Shown here in pieces: positions 63,560-64,000 of a stretch of 64,000 nt of DNA. Position 1 is the stretch's first letter. Each line of letters begins with the position of its first letter. The position numbers and the translations under genes are program-made. The notes under the pieces are model-generated. The model saw only the letters and a list, made by a program, of their open reading frames with translations. It ran no database searches and was not told where the DNA came from. The DNA is taken from the NCBI RefSeq assembly GCF_036321535.1, contig NC_087438.1, positions 10,232,001-10,296,000 on the forward strand. The letters are read 5' to 3'. The DNA comes from Camelus dromedarius. Its lineage: Eukaryota.

Positions 63560-63990
63560 CACTGACCCGGGGAGCCAAATGAGGTTCAGTAGGTTCTGAA
63601 ATGGCCATGCTTACAAACCTACAGTTTATCACAGGAGGAGGAAGTGGTCTGGTAATGCAGTGAAGTGAGGTTGTATGTGCCTGCCAGGGCAGCCTCACTG
63701 CAAGGGCCCCAGAGGCTAGGGGTGGATCCTGCTGTCCCCCTGCCAGCAGGATGCACCTCCCCCATCAAGAACAGCTCGGCTCCAGGGAGCCCAAGCTGGG
63801 GTCTTGGTGGAGGTTTTTTATGTTTTGGGAGGTCTCACAGGCACATTGCTGCTACATAACCAGCCTCGGAAAATGCAGGGCACTCGGGGTGGCTCATCAG
63901 GACTGGGTGCAAATCACCAGTTCCCTGTTACTGATAAACAGTGCTCTGCACAGGGCTCCCCCGATTCTGGACAAAAGCAGCGTCACACAT
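63560..63990. mobile_element. ERV LTR fragment (MER21-like)
   Basis: cagggagcccaagctggggtcttggtggaggttttttatg...ggaggtctcacaggcac resembles MER21-type LTRs. Confidence 0.4.
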
Positions 63991-64000
63991 CAGAGGGTTT

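Larger units (their letters stand above)
1..64000 (+). other. TRIO: TRIO gene, internal portion (9 coding exons plus introns, spectrin-repeat region); gene extends beyond both edges
   Basis: The exons join in frame via GT-AG introns (phases 0,0,0,0,2,0,1,0) into YMSNVDSWCKACGEVDLPSELQ...[10 protein letters not shown], which I recognise as Trio spectrin repeats rather than paralog Kalirin. Confidence 0.96.

Overview
This is mammalian genomic DNA containing nine consecutive + strand coding exons of TRIO (Trio Rho guanine-nucleotide exchange factor). They splice via GT-AG introns into one uninterrupted 1506-nt (502-codon) stretch of the N-terminal spectrin-repeat region, probably exons ~8-16 in human numbering (from memory). 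The gene extends beyond both window edges. The 0.8-19.7 kb introns hold typical eutherian repeats (L1, MIR, L2, L3/CR1, MaLR/ERV LTRs, Tigger MITEs) and one tRNA-derived SINE with a target-site duplication that resembles camelid Vic-1, suggesting a camel, alpaca or llama. I found no prokaryotic-type system, CRISPR array or independent gene; most ORF-track entries are noise. The best leads concern RNA processing: (i) the 231-nt exon at 10621 starts with a perfect donor motif (CAG|GTGAGT) and is bracketed by complementary UG- and CA-rich arms; (ii) a candidate poison or terminal mini-exon with a poly(A) signal at ~23483-23620; (iii) two intronic AG|GTATTG ratchet-like sites; (iv) strong exon-to-exon GC3 heterogeneity. 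All are hypotheses needing RNA-seq and conservation checks. Repeat family names and boundaries were assigned by eye and are approximate.
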